A stretch of DNA of 64,000 bases from Octopus sinensis (GCF_006345805.1 NC_043003.1:109802001-109866000), one strand, 5' to 3'; positions 1 to 12,929 are shown, counted from the stretch's first letter. Made by a program: numbers and translations. Notes: generated from the letters alone by a model not told the origin.

Positions 1-477
1 GATATTTTTGTCTCTTCCAATAGAGCACTTCTATTGCAGTCCTATTGAACCTCTTTTTGTTCCTGACAAGAAACAATTATTGTATCGATACATATAGATA
101 ATATAATATATATATATATATATATATATCTATATATATATATATATATTTTATTTATATATCTATATATATATATCTACCTATTATACCTATATATATA
201 TGAGAATATATATATATATATATAGATATATATATCATATATTATATATATATATATATATATAATAATATATATCTATATATATATAATATATCTATAT
301 ATATATATATATATATATATAGTAGAGTCCACAGTGATCCGTATGTAGGAGAGGTGCAGCCGGAGGGTAAATATCCAAACGAGAATCCTTAAAGGGCAGA
401 TAAAGAATCCAGTGGAGAAGTTCGTAGTGGTAAGAAATGACAGGATCAACAGGTGCGACTACGGGAGCGTGTGATAT

Positions 478-790
478 ATAGGGAGAGTTTACGAAAAAAA
501 AAACCAAAAGAAGACAGGTGGTGTACAAAACAAACAGATGTATTAGTATAACGCTCAGGAATAGAAAAATCTTTTACGTTTCGAGCCTACGATCAATCAG
601 TCGCCATGATTGATCATTAGCCACTACACACATTTTTTCTCTCCTTGTTTCTCTCCTTATTTTTTCTGTGTCCCTTTCTGTAGAATAGCGTGAAAGACTT
701 TTTCTATTTCTGAGCGTTATACTAATACATTTGTTTGTTTTGTACACCACTATCTTGGTCTTTTGTTTTTTTTTCGCAAACTCTCCCTAT
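478..790. mobile_element. Penelope-like pLTR fold-back (~100-bp imperfect inverted arms 478-591 / ~690-790) with partial hammerhead-like motif
   Basis: The left arm (gggagagtttacg...cgagcctacg) is the reverse complement of the right arm (...ttcgcaaactctccctat). The same repeat occurs intact at ~48985-49160. Confidence 0.65.
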
Positions 791-1917
791 TAGGAAGAAG
801 GGATGAACAAGCAGAACATAATTGCATTATTAGTGTAAACAAGATATTAAGAAATAATGCATAGAGTCTCTTACAGTTATTTCTAGAATAGCTGTGCCTA
901 TGGTGCATAGATCATTGAACAAAGATTTCCATACAAACCAACTATTCCGTTGTGTGAGAGGAAGAATTAAGGAATACACTTAATAATAATGGGTATTAGT
1001 AGTTACCAGTTACATCGTCGAAGAATTAAGGAATATCCTTTGTAAAAATGGAAATCTTTGTTTAATGGACTATGCGTCATATAAACAGCTAGTCTAGAAA
1101 CAGCTGTAAGGGATTTTGTGCAGTCTTTCTTAATCGCTTATTTACTCTAACAACCCTGAGATTATGTTTGAATTATAAATTGCATACTCTAAAGTGAGAC
1201 CATGTTTCGCTTGTTCATACTCTCCTTCTAGTATGTATGTAAGTGTGTATGTATGTATGTATGTATGTATGTATGTTTGTACGTGTATATGTGCGCACTT
1301 GCATGAGTGTTTATGTGTGTGTGTGTGTGTGTGTACGCATTTAGTTTTTGTGGATGGTTGGAATTATATAATAGGAAGGAATGAGAGAACGCTGGATAAT
1401 TGGAATGGGTAGGAGTGAAACTAAGTGAAAGTTGTAACACAGTGACATAATTGTAGGTGCAAAGTGTGGAGTAAGAGAAATAGAAGAGAGAGAGAGAGAG
1501 AAGGGGAGAGAGACATCCAGAGCGAGGGAGAGAGAGAGAGGTAGAGATCGAGCGACAAAGAAGGAGACATATTTGGTGAATATACATACACAGAAACACA
1601 TACAAATCTTTATACATACAACATACACACATATACACGTATCTATGTATACAGGCATACATTATATATAATATATATATATATATTATATATATATATA
1701 TATATTATAAATATATACACACATATATATATATATATATATATAATATATTATATATATAATATATTGTAATATAATATACAAAGAGCAATAAATATTA
1801 TAGTTATATATATATAGAATGTACTTGAATATGGTACCTAAATATATATATAAAAAAAACTATATATTAATATATATATATTGGGTATATAAGCGATAAA
1901 GAAGCAACAAGAATGGA

Positions 1918-1959
<42 letters not shown>

Positions 1960-2219
1960 TATATATATTACACTTACTTATTGATGCATACCACACATAT
2001 GCATACGTATATGTATATACAGGTGCAGAAAGGGAGCGTAGGAGAGAGGGAGAGAGAGAGGTGGGGAGGGAGAGAAAGATCGAAATGAAGAAATAAAGAA
2101 AGAAGAGGTGATAAGGGATGGAAGAGAGAATATGAATATAAACTTAAGAATAACAAATTTGGAGTAAGATAATCAATATTTGAATGGAAGAAGCGCCGGC
2201 TGCAGCAGCAGCAGCCGAG

Positions 2220-2410
2220 GAAAAGAAGAAGAAGAAGAAGAAAAGAAGAAGAAGAAGAAGAAGAAGAAGAAGAAGAAGAAGAAGAGTAGGAGAAGTAGAA
2301 GAAGAAGAAGAGTAGGAGAAGTAGAAGAAGAAGAAGAAGAGTAGGAGAAGAAGAAGAAGAAGAAGAAGAAGAAGAAAAATAAGAAGAAGAAGAAGGAGAA
2401 GGAGAGTAGG
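2220..2410. repeat. (GAA)n compound microsatellite
   Basis: Long GAA run with interspersed GAGTAGGAGAAGTA units. Confidence 0.95.
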
Positions 2411-3183
2411 AGAAGAACAAGGAGGAGGTGGAGGAGGGAAAAAGTGAAAAGAAATAGGAGAGCAATAAAAAAAATGGTAATACACATACCGAAAGAAGTA
2501 AACCAATCGAACAAGAGAGACGCATAAAGACACACACACACACACACACAGTTACACACACACAATCACACACACACACAAACTTCCATATGCACACACT
2601 CACATACAAAGATTGAAAGAAAGACAAACAAAAAAAAACTCACACTCCTCAAACAAATGAATGTAAAAAGCGAAAACAATTAAAAGAAACACATACGACC
2701 TGCTTCTGATCACCTTGGAAGTGTAAAATCAATGCAATGGTATTCGTTAGTTTATCGATCTGTATTCAGACTAAATGCAAGTAGACACTCCTATTTATTT
2801 ATACGGTGCCAAAGATGCATCTATAAGGCGTTGGATAAAATGAATTGTTAGAGCTTTGGGTGAAAAAACTTTACGGTGATTGTTCCAGCTTTGTAATTTC
2901 AGAGTTCAAACCACGGTGATGTCAACATTTTTGCTATTTCTTCTAGGCTTCTAAGATAAATTACGAGCCGAGAATGTTCGGAGGAACGGACATGCTTCTT
3001 TATGGCTGGTTTTTCGTTCGGTATTTTTTAAGAATTGGCGTCATGTAGGGAGCTTCCCCACTGGATGTTATCCCGCAACAAATGGGCGTATAAATATAAT
3101 ACATAGATTATGTATCTGCGACCGATAATATTATAGACATATATATATATGCATATATATATGCATATATATATTATATATAT

Positions 3184-3234
<51 letters not shown>

Positions 3235-3265
3235 CATTTATGTATGTATGTATATATATATATAT

Positions 3266-3669
3266 GTGCACGAGGGGACAGCAACTTTTGAGAAATCTCC
3301 AGTTGCACATGAGAAAGTAAGGAGAGATGTCAGGAAGAGCATTTCTGTTACATTTCCAGATGGGAAGTGTCTTCCTATGATGCTGACATGCAGTATCTGT
3401 GCAAGACCCTTTCTCAGTAAAGCTGGACTCAAGAGTCATCTTGGTAGTCATAAAGCGAGACAGATGAGTGACAACCTGGCCACTGGTGGTGGTGTTACAC
3501 ACCATACTAATCATATGTGTCAGGCATGTGGAAGAGAGTGTAATTCGGCAGGAGGACTTAAACTACACGCAAAGGTACATGAAGCCCAGTTACAATTACA
3601 GCCGGCTATTTCCGGTAAAGGTTTTAGTTGCCAATTCTGTACAAGACATTGTAGATCTTTAGCTGGGCT
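3266..3669 (+). mobile_element. 3' fragment of an RTE-like LINE ORF encoding three tandem C2H2 zinc fingers (third truncated)
   Basis: Open frame HEGTATFEKS...CSICARPFLSKAGLKSHLGSH...CQACGRECNSAGGLKLHAKVH...CQFCTRHCRSLAGL. The CxxC-R...S+AGL.SH pattern is typical of RTE C-termini. Bounded by (TA)n and (AAT)n. Confidence 0.65.
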
Positions 3670-3682
3670 AATAATAATAATG

Positions 3683-3747
<65 letters not shown>

Positions 3748-3782
3748 TAATAATAATAATAATATATAATAATAATAATATT
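3670..3782. repeat. (AAT)n microsatellite
   Basis: Direct observation. Confidence 0.95.
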
Positions 3783-3787
3783 AATAT

Positions 3788-3821
<34 letters not shown>

Positions 3822-5679
3822 CATAAAAGTAAATAAATGGCACAACGAAGTACCGATATTGTGCCATTTATTTACTTTTATGTATAATTTTACCCTCACG
3901 GGCTATCCTTTACTGGAAAGTAATACTCTCGTATTGCATTACTATTTTCATTATATATAGCAAAACATACCATCTCAAGACTTTTGGCGTCCGAGAAAGA
4001 GCAGATCGCCTCTGTTTATTGCCGTTACTAACACTCAAACTTCTGCAACAACAGAAGTAGTGATAACATGTAGTGTTGGAGGTGGTTGGAAGAAAAAACA
4101 AAAGCAAACAGACAAAAAAAAAAAGAAAACAAAACAAACAAAAACAACTGAAATGGCTTGTGGAACCATACGCAGTGGAATTCAGTGGTGGATCTTTCCA
4201 GAACCACAATTAGCAAGAACTACAGCATCGACACTGACAATATATAACTACAAATACTACTGACGAAACAAAACCAAGCACATCCGTGGACTTCAAGTCC
4301 TCAGATTTGGAAGACTCAAATGATACCCTGGCATATCAAAGAAGACAGGTGTGACAGACGAGTCACCTAATTTGATCCTTAAAGCCAAAATGTTCTGCGA
4401 GGCACGAAAACAGTAACAAATGATCAAATGCCGGTTTCTATGTACTTTGATGTGGTTAGACATTAGCGAGACTAGGATTTCCTGTATGAAATCGCTCAAT
4501 ATCATTCTGGAAGATTATATACTAAGTCTCCAACGATTGACCTGTATCGAATGGCGTAGCGGTGCTGTTTCGGAAAGATCTGAACGTAGAGATAAATACG
4601 ATCACCCGAGAGCCGGATGTCAGAGATAGTAATAAGGATAATGCAGGGGGGACAGTGGCCGTTTACGCCTCGGTTGGCGTAGGCAGGCAAGATGTCTTCA
4701 GACCTTTAGAGTCATTTCTAAGTAGAAGTTGATCAATGCTGCTAGTGGGCAATGGGAATGGTGGTTTGGATGCAAGCAGAGATTATGTATGTGTGTGTGT
4801 GTGTGTGTGGGTGTGCGTGTGCTTTTGTGTATTTGCAGTGCAAAACCCTCACTAACATTTTGAGGCATTTTAAACTGTTCCATAGGGTTTGCTTTGATTT
4901 TCCGAAAAGTTTTTTCACCAGTGGATCCCTTTGATTTCTGTTTTACTCGGGTGGACCCTCATAGGTATGCGATGTTGAAAAAATCCTATTGTATTTTTAA
5001 AAAATGTTGCTAGGAATTCTATAAAATAATTTTCTAAAATATTCTGTGTATTGTAAAAACATGACCAAGTTATTGCACATAAATTGTAACAAGATCTGAC
5101 ATGGACCGCCAAGGGTCATATGCACATCGGTTGAGGACCACAGGTCGAATTGGAGTGGGTAATCCAGGTTATATTTGACGGAGAAGAGAAGTTAGTAAGT
5201 TTAGCAGACTTGATTAACGTAAGATTACCACAACTTCTGATGGTTGAACCACAAACTATTGAAACTCACAGTCGATTAGGAGCGATTGTGGCGGACTTGA
5301 TTGAGATATATGAAAGCAGGCCTCACAGAACGACAGCGTGATTCCACTCTGTAATACACCAATTCACATAGAGATTGTAAGAAATTTACCGGATATTAAC
5401 ATGAAAGACCACGAAGAAATGAAATGTGTGTTGATGGAGTCATTACTTCCAAATAATGACAATATCTAGGGAAATAGAGAAACGATAAGAATATAAAAAT
5501 ATAAATTTCTTGAAATAGAGATAACTAGAATGTGAGGTAAGAACACAGAATACAAATAACTACTACTACTACAACTTTCTATTATAGCCACCATTGGGTG
5601 AGGTTGCTAATCGATTACATCGAATCCAGTTCTCAACTCGACAGCGAAAGGATGAAAGGCAAAAACTACTTCAGTGAAA

Positions 5680-6050
5680 TGTGTCTCCCTGGAATATTCC
5701 TTTTCTAATGGGAATGGCTTTGGTTTTATGAGTCCCTCTTTTGTCTGGAGCTGTAGCACTGTCTGCTATTTATTCATGAAATGTGTTATATATTTTGATT
5801 ATTGGCGCTGCCTTGTTCATGGCTAGTGTTTCTAGGATTTATGTGTGGGAAATACTATCAAAAGCCTTTCGGTAATCGATCCAAGCCATAAGTAGAACCT
5901 TCTTCACTGTGCGGCTGTCTTCAGTTATGGCTTTATTGACTATTAGTTGATCTTCACAGCCGTATGAGACATTACAGCATCCCTTCTGTTCTTCTGAAAA
6001 CAGGTTGTTTTCTTCCAGATGTTTACTCATTCTCTGCGATGTTATTGCAG
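5680..6050 (-). mobile_element. R4/Dong-like non-LTR retrotransposon RT fragment (degraded)
   Basis: EEQKGCCNVSYGCEDQLIVNKAI...MAWIDYRKAFDSISH, then after a frameshift ...KTKAIPIRKGIFQGD. These are RT motifs of RLE-clade LINEs. Confidence 0.85.
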
Positions 6051-6063
6051 TAAAATACCAAAA

Positions 6064-6611
6064 TGCAGTACCATGTAGTGCCTTTCATGGGTTCTCATCT
6101 TAACTGATTGGAAGCGCTATCATGTATATTGTTTTGTCTTGGCATAAAAGATGAGCTACAGTAAATCTTCTGCTCAATACCACAGATTTGCTTGTCAGTC
6201 GTTCGACCTTAACCAGTTGAGCATGTCCCTTAGTGGCTGACGATATGTGTATCTCTGATCACGAGCAGAAGTAGTGGGGGAACATCATAGCCATGTGTTG
6301 AGAGGGATTCTTTCGGGTTTGGATAATTCACCTCTGGAAATATGGATGTTGCGTTTAACAGCCTTAAACAACCCTTATTCAGGGACTTGTTGAGCGGGAT
6401 GGGCTACTCGCCCCGTAGAAAATTCTAACTGGACCCCATCTCCAAGGTCATTCGCTATTAATCTTGATATGAGATCACCGTGTCGTGCACATATGGTTAT
6501 GATGCATGTGCCAGGTGTACCCTTATCAGACGTGTAGTCATAATGAGTATACTGGGCTTCATATATTTTACCCCAGTGTCACTTTGATGGCATGCACTGC
6601 ACTCTAGCTCG
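6064..6611 (+). mobile_element. ~550-bp non-coding interspersed element (element A), copy 1
   Basis: Collinear with 26416-26947 and 28377-28963 and ends in an (AAT)n tract. Orientation is inferred from that tail. Confidence 0.8.
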
Positions 6612-6671
6612 ATAATAATAATAACAACAACAACAACAATAATAATGTTAATTGATAACAATAACAATAAC

Positions 6672-6741
<70 letters not shown>

Positions 6742-6757
6742 TAATAATAATAATGAT
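6612..6757. repeat. (AAT/AAC)n microsatellite
   Basis: Direct observation. Confidence 0.95.
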
Positions 6758-6875
6758 AACACTTTCCATACAATAACCATCAGAGCATCACAACAAATCA
6801 CAGCACATACCTAAGGCACACAGAGCTGCGCTTGGTAGTGAAGTGAAAGCACGCTATAAAAATAAAACTACTGAA
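6758..6875 (+). mobile_element. 5'-truncated 3' UTR of the Dong-like LINE
   Basis: agagcatcaca...ggcacacagagctgcgct matches the 3' ends at ~27860-27980 and ~28210-28309. Flanked on both sides by (AAT)n. Confidence 0.8.
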
Positions 6876-6900
6876 TGATAATAATAATAATAATAATAAC

Positions 6901-6935
<35 letters not shown>

Positions 6936-7659
6936 TGATGATAATAATAATCCTTTCTGCTATAGACATAAGACTTGCAAGGGCATAAACCATAGGCGAC
7001 CTGTTACTGTACAGTCTATAAGCGCATGCTTTGTGCAAGTTCATTTACTCTATTCGTTTTTTCCACAATCACCCATCTTTTGACAAAGATGCTGTAGAAG
7101 AGTACATCCGTGCTTTCACATTCCTAACAGACAAATATATAACCAAATCTCTAAGTACTAAACTACTAAGTGCTGTACGTAGTATACAATTTAATATATT
7201 AGAAAATACAAATGTATGAAACACTGTTCATAATTCGGCACTCAGCGTTGCACTCTGTGCTACAGTGAAAGTAGGCTAAAAAAATCAATGTTATTTATTA
7301 TTTTGAATTGTACGAGTCCTCTAACGCGTGATGTGTGTGTGTGTGTGTGTGTGCGTGTGTGTGTGTGTGCGTGTGGTGTGTGTGTGTGTGTGTGCGTGTG
7401 TGTGTGTGTGCGTGTGTGCGTGCGTGTGTGTGTGTAGCTGATTATATTGACAGCAGGAAATGACTGGTACTATATTTTATTGATCTCGGAAGAAAACGAA
7501 AGTGGGCTGCAAGTGTAACTATATGCTGCTATGTATTTTGTGCGACACTTGACGGACTTCACCAATACAATGACAGCAACAGCAACAACAATCGTAGCAG
7601 CAGTGGCAGCAGAATCGACAGCAGTAAGAGTAGCAGTATCAGCAGTAGTAATTATAATG

Positions 7660-7681
7660 TTGGTAGTAGTAGTAGTAGTTC

Positions 7682-7750
<69 letters not shown>

Positions 7751-7839
7751 TGGTAGTAGTAGTAGTAGAAATAGTAGAAATAGTAGTAGTAGTAGCAGCA
7801 GCAGCAACAGTAGTAGTAGTAGTAATAGTATTATTATTA

Positions 7840-7927
<88 letters not shown>
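7660..7927. repeat. (GTA)n-(TTA)n-(GTA)n compound microsatellite
   Basis: Direct observation. Confidence 0.95.
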
Positions 7928-8438
7928 TAAGTCATGTGATTAACAAAGGTTAAACATAGCCATGGAAATACGATCAAAACGAAAATAGAACAGAAATTAA
8001 AACCGCAGCCGGCACCACTACCACCACCGCTGCTACTGACATCGCCACTCCACCACCACCACCGCCACCACCACCACCACCACCACCACCACCAACGACA
8101 CCAACAACAACAACGACATTGCGAAAACTTCTAACACCCGTATAAAACAGAAATAACAGACCACATCAAATAGTCGCTAATTGCTACATTTAAAGAAAAA
8201 AATGACAAAATAGACAATATGCAAGGAAAAAGAAAGTAAAAGTTTGCACTCACACACACACACACACACACATACACCGACAGGCAGACACACACACATA
8301 TATACGTTGGCACATACTCACATACTCATATGTATTTACTATATATGAATGAATTATACACACACATACACAAATCTATATATCTACATATATATATGCA
8401 CACACGTATCTACACACCCAAATGCGTGTGTATATACA

Positions 8439-8474
<36 letters not shown>

Positions 8475-8804
8475 TATAAATCTATCTGTATATGTACACA
8501 CACATATAAATATATATATAAATACACATACACACACGCGCGCACACACACACACACATACACACATACACACATATACACACATGCACACAGGAATTGA
8601 CGAAAAACCGAAATAAAGTTTTTGCTTATTGATTTACGGATAGAGAGGGAATTTTCGGTAGTTTGATTTTTTTCATTTTTGGTAGTTGCTTTTTTTGTGT
8701 TTATTTAAAAATTTTTTCCTTAAATTCAAGTTATTTTAATTGTATTAATGTTTACTTGTTGTTTTTTCGGTTCTTTGATGGTAAGTTTAGTTATAGGAGA
8801 GGAT

Positions 8805-9021
<217 letters not shown>

Positions 9022-9192
9022 TGTACTGTTGCTTATGCTTATAATGGCGGCGATACTAAAAATGAATCTTTCATCGTATTGTTGGTGGCATTTGCGTTAT
9101 CGATAGTGGTGGAAGTGCTTGTATTTGCAGTGGTTCTTTTCTGTGCACCGATGAGATGTGCAACTGCGTGAATGTATGATTTTAAATGTGAA

Positions 9193-9460
9193 GGCGCATG
9201 GCTCAGTGGTTAGAGCGTCGAGCTCACAATAATGAGTTAGTGAGTTCGATTCAAGTTGCACCATTCACTCAGCTGTAGAAATGAGATGTGACGTCACTGG
9301 TGCCAATCTGCATCGGCCTTTGCCTGTCCCTTGGGCAACATCAGTGGTGTGGAGAGAGGGCAGGCTGGTATGCATGGGCAACTGCTGGTCTTCCATAAAC
9401 AACCTTGCCTCGGAGGTGCAATACCACTGTCATTCATGACCGAAGGGGATCTTTACCCTC
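9193..9460 (+). mobile_element. tRNA-derived SINE (diverged)
   Basis: A-box-like TGGCTCAGTGG and B-box-like GAGTTCGATTC, followed by a non-tRNA body. Confidence 0.6.
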
Positions 9461-9576
9461 TTTATATTTTTGAATGTGTATGTATATGTGTATGTGTGTG
9501 TGCGCGCGCCTGTATTTGTGTATGTGTGCCAGTTATTTTGGCAGAGATAGTCAAAGGTAATTTGATAACATCGCTA

Positions 9577-9750
9577 TTATTAGACTGGCCAAAAAGTCCG
9601 TTTATTTTTTTAAGCGAAAATATGACACAAGTTTTAATCACAAAGCGTTTCAATCAATCAGTGATATCATTGACGTTTGTTCCAGCATCTTTTGCCATCT
9701 TGTGAACAGATCAATTAATTCCCGCTCAAAGTATTTCCCGTCTTTACCGG
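9577..9750 (-). mobile_element. Mariner 3' end fragment with TIR
   Basis: The reverse strand reads DGKYFERELIDLFTRWQKMLEQ (mariner C-terminus ...RWQKVIEQNG). The TIR-like tattagactggccaaaaagt lies at the end. Confidence 0.6.
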
Positions 9751-10050
9751 GGGAATACAGGTAAGTTCATCGCCACCAATTCACCACAGGGAAAGTTCAC
9801 TGCTGGGTAAGTCCACCGCCATCAATTCACCGTGGGGAAAGCACACCGCGAGGAAACTTTACCGAAAAAAATATATCGATAGTATCTCACCATTAATAGT
9901 TAAAAAACTATTTTAGGGACAAAAACAAAGAAAAACCAAAGAAAACGATAAACAAAAACACAGAAATGTTGAACTTTTCCTGCGGTGAATTGATGACAAT
10001 GAACTTGCTTTGCAGTGAATTGATGACGGGGAACGTACCGAACATGTTAT
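9750..10050. mobile_element. MITE-like element with ~35-bp sub-terminal repeats in inverted arrangement
   Basis: Two copies of GGTAAGTTCAYCGCCAYCAATTCACC on the left and two inverted copies (GGTGAATTGATGAC) on the right. Confidence 0.5.
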
Positions 10051-10425
10051 TGACGAAAATTCTTCCAGGTGAATTTTTACATCTCCTTCGGGGTTGAAGA
10101 CCCGTGCATTCAGTGCATTTTGAAGAGATCGAAACAGGTGGCAATCTGGGACATTCTGTCTACATTTAACACTATTTCTTGATTAAAATATTAACCAGTT
10201 GGGCATCCAAAATTGTTCACATTATGTCCCGTTTAAGACTCGCTCTACTGCTTCTGAATGATGTATCGAAGAGAAAATGCTATGTATATGATCACTATTC
10301 AGAAAACTATACTTTAGTTTTTTTTTTGTATTTATTTTTTATTTATTCGTTTACTCTCGGCTCAAGGTAAAACTATACCTTCAAATCATAATATAGACTA
10401 TGATCTAATTATAGAAGCGTTTTAA

Positions 10426-10810
10426 GTGGAGGCGCAATGGCCCAGTGGTTAGGGCAGCGGACTCGCGATTATAGGATCGCGGTTTCGATTCCCAGACCGG
10501 GCGTTGTGAGTGTTTGTTGAACGAAAACACCTAAAGCTCCACGAGGCTCCTGCAGGGGATGGTGGTGATCCCTGCTGTACTCCTTCACCACAACTTTCTC
10601 TCACTCTTACTTCCTGTTTCTGTTGTAGCTGTGTTTCAAAGGGCCGACCTTGTCACACTCTGTGTCACGCTGAATATCCCCGAGAACTACGTTAAGGGTA
10701 CACGTGTCTGTGGAGTGCTCAGCCACTTGCACGTTAATTTCACGAGCAGGCTGTTTCGTTGATTCGGATCAACCGGAACCCTCGTCGTCGTGACCGACGG
10801 AGTGCTTCCA
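10426..10810 (+). mobile_element. tRNA-derived SINE family 2, full length with 12-bp TSD
   Basis: Head GGAGGCGCAATGGCCCAGTGGTTAG...GGTTTCGATTCCC. TSD agaagcgtttta at 10413-10424 and 10810-10821. Near-identical copy at 23176. Confidence 0.9.
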
Positions 10811-11383
10811 GAAGCGTTTTATGATAAAAACAGCCGGAATTTTCTTAACAAGTCTCTGCATTGTTTAAGACGCAGGATTAGATCATTTAATTTCGATGCA
10901 AGATTTTTCAATTTCTAAAAGCTGTATTTTCTATTTGCTGAAGAAAGTAAATTTTTCATTATGACTAAAGAATGAGATGGACTGTTTTAACACACCGTTA
11001 GTCAGTTTGTATGATTCATTAAACAACGTGATAATATTACTAGTCAAATTTCTCTTAGATTTACATTACGTGTCCCGCTACTACTATAATTAGAGAATTT
11101 GTTTGCTACCTAATTATAGCTTAGACTCTATTAAACAGAAATAAGTAGGATAAAATATATCAGAATAGGAATTAGTGCGTTCGGCACACCATACGCTCAG
11201 ATGTAAGCTATAACCACTAAAACTACTAATATAGGGAAATGTAATTGTTTTATCAATAGTTTGTATATAGTTTGTATATTTTCATAAATAAACTGATCTA
11301 ACCTATCATCTAACAACTTGGTAAAGTAAGAGTTGTTTACTTACAAAACATACACAAAATAATATGTAACATTGTCAACAGAA

Positions 11384-11785
11384 GCGCAGGCGTGGCTGTG
11401 TGGTAGGTAGCTTGTTCACCAACCACATGGTTCCGGGTTCATTTCCACTGCGTGGCATCTTGGGCAAGTGTCTTCTACTATAGCCTTGGGCCGACCAAAG
11501 CCTTCTGAGCGGATTTGGTAGACGGAAACTGAAAGAAGCCCGTCGCATATATGTATATATATGTATGTGTGTGTATATCTTTGTGTGCCTGTGTTTGTCC
11601 TCGCCAACATCGCTTGACAACCGATGCTGGTGTGTTTACGTCCCCGTAAGCTAGCGGTTCGGCAAAAGAGACCGATAGAATAAGTACTAGGCTTAGAAAG
11701 AATAAGTCCTGGAGTCGATTTGCTCGACTAAAGGCGTTGCTCCAGCATGGCCGCAGTCAAATGACTTGAAACAAGTAAAAGAGTA
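11384..11785 (+). mobile_element. tRNA-derived SINE family 1 (CORE-like segment, internal microsatellite), full length
   Basis: Head gtggctgtgtggta...ggttc; CORE-like (cc/tc)ttgggcaagtgtcttct; internal (TA/TG)n; tail ...ccagcatggccgcagtcaaatgac. Multiple copies in the window. Confidence 0.85.
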
Positions 11786-12188
11786 GAGGCCATGGATGTA
11801 ATGTAAAATCATAACTCATTAATTTTAACAGAAGAATAGCATTTATTTGAAGGGGAACTTCTCAAACTTTTCGTGAACAAGAAAAGTTCTTGTGGTAGAA
11901 GGTCAGTAATAAAAAGTGTCCATAATTCATTTGCTGTAGTTGGTTGCCCTTATCTTGGTAAACCGTATTGTAACTGCGTTCCAGAATGTATAGACTTATT
12001 GCAAACTCCGCATATTATAGTTCCTCACAGAAAAGTGAGTTACGTAAATACATACGAGATACAAGATGGCGAAGTGAGCGTTAACATATTTACTGACAGG
12101 TGTGTGCAACTGACTGGAACAGTTTTATTCACCGATGGTCGTACAGATTTGTTCGCTGACGGTCGTGGCGTCGAGGTCTTCGTCGAGG

Positions 12189-12228
12189 ACTGACTGACTA
12201 AAGTTGTCGGTCAACCTCTCAATTTATA
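12189..12228 (-). promoter_or_regulatory. Candidate Pol II core promoter: TATAAATT plus Inr-like TTAGT/TCAGT
   Basis: Minus-strand TATAAATT at 12228-12221, followed by TTAGTCAGTCAGT with Inr adenines at 12199/12195 (29-33 nt downstream). The flank is unique and CpG-rich. Confidence 0.4.
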
Positions 12229-12929
12229 GCACCATCTGGCCGACAAGAAGAGCCAACCCACTTGTCTCTGTCAAGGGACGTAACCGTTTGCTGGCACATA
12301 CTCGCTACATATGCATTTTGAACGTCTCTCGGAAGACTTAGTTTTTATTTTATTATCAAATTAAAGCATTTCATAGTTGTTTTTACTATTTTTATCGATG
12401 CAACAATATTTGTACTAATTTTAGCGATAATCCACTGTACTTAATGTTGAAGGTTTTAATTAACAAAATACACTACCTTCATTTATACTTTGACATAAAA
12501 TTAGTTCTACCATCTTTAAATTGCGTCCTAATTAAGTTAAAAATTTGAAAAGGATATATTGTATTTATTTGGATTTCTAGAAAAAACCTAACTTATTGGT
12601 GTTCAGTAAATTGAGTTCTCTCATTGAAGCTTTTACCTAATCTTATTAAAATCCCGACATAATAGGAAAATGGATTAATAATGATGGAATGTATTATAAG
12701 AATGATTAGAAGACTTTCTTCATGTGGCTATATGGAAGAATAATAATGTGATATGCAACTGATGTAATTGTGTAATAACAAATATGCATAAATCAGCTCT
12801 AATTGATCACAAGAAATCAATATAGCGTTAAAGGAATGCCTCTAGGCGTGTAAATTCAAATCAAATTTTGAATATATTTCCGAAGGCTAACGCACAAAAT
12901 TGAGAAGTTAGCATTTTAAAATTAAATAT

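Noticed and set aside
6256-6281. U1 snRNA-like words (TGATCACGA, GTAGTGGGGGA) in element A
   Set aside because: They are only 6 nt apart rather than ~110 nt as in U1, and there is no 5' ACTTACCTG or Sm site.
10426-10500. tRNA gene calls at SINE heads (also 9193, 11384, 15505, 23176)
   Set aside because: They continue into repeated non-tRNA bodies with TSD or tails and have no oligo-T terminator, so they are SINEs.
11873-12193. 106-aa plus-strand ORF as a gene or exon
   Set aside because: GTG start and no recognisable motif. The candidate exon 11832-12034 has stops in all three frames near its start.
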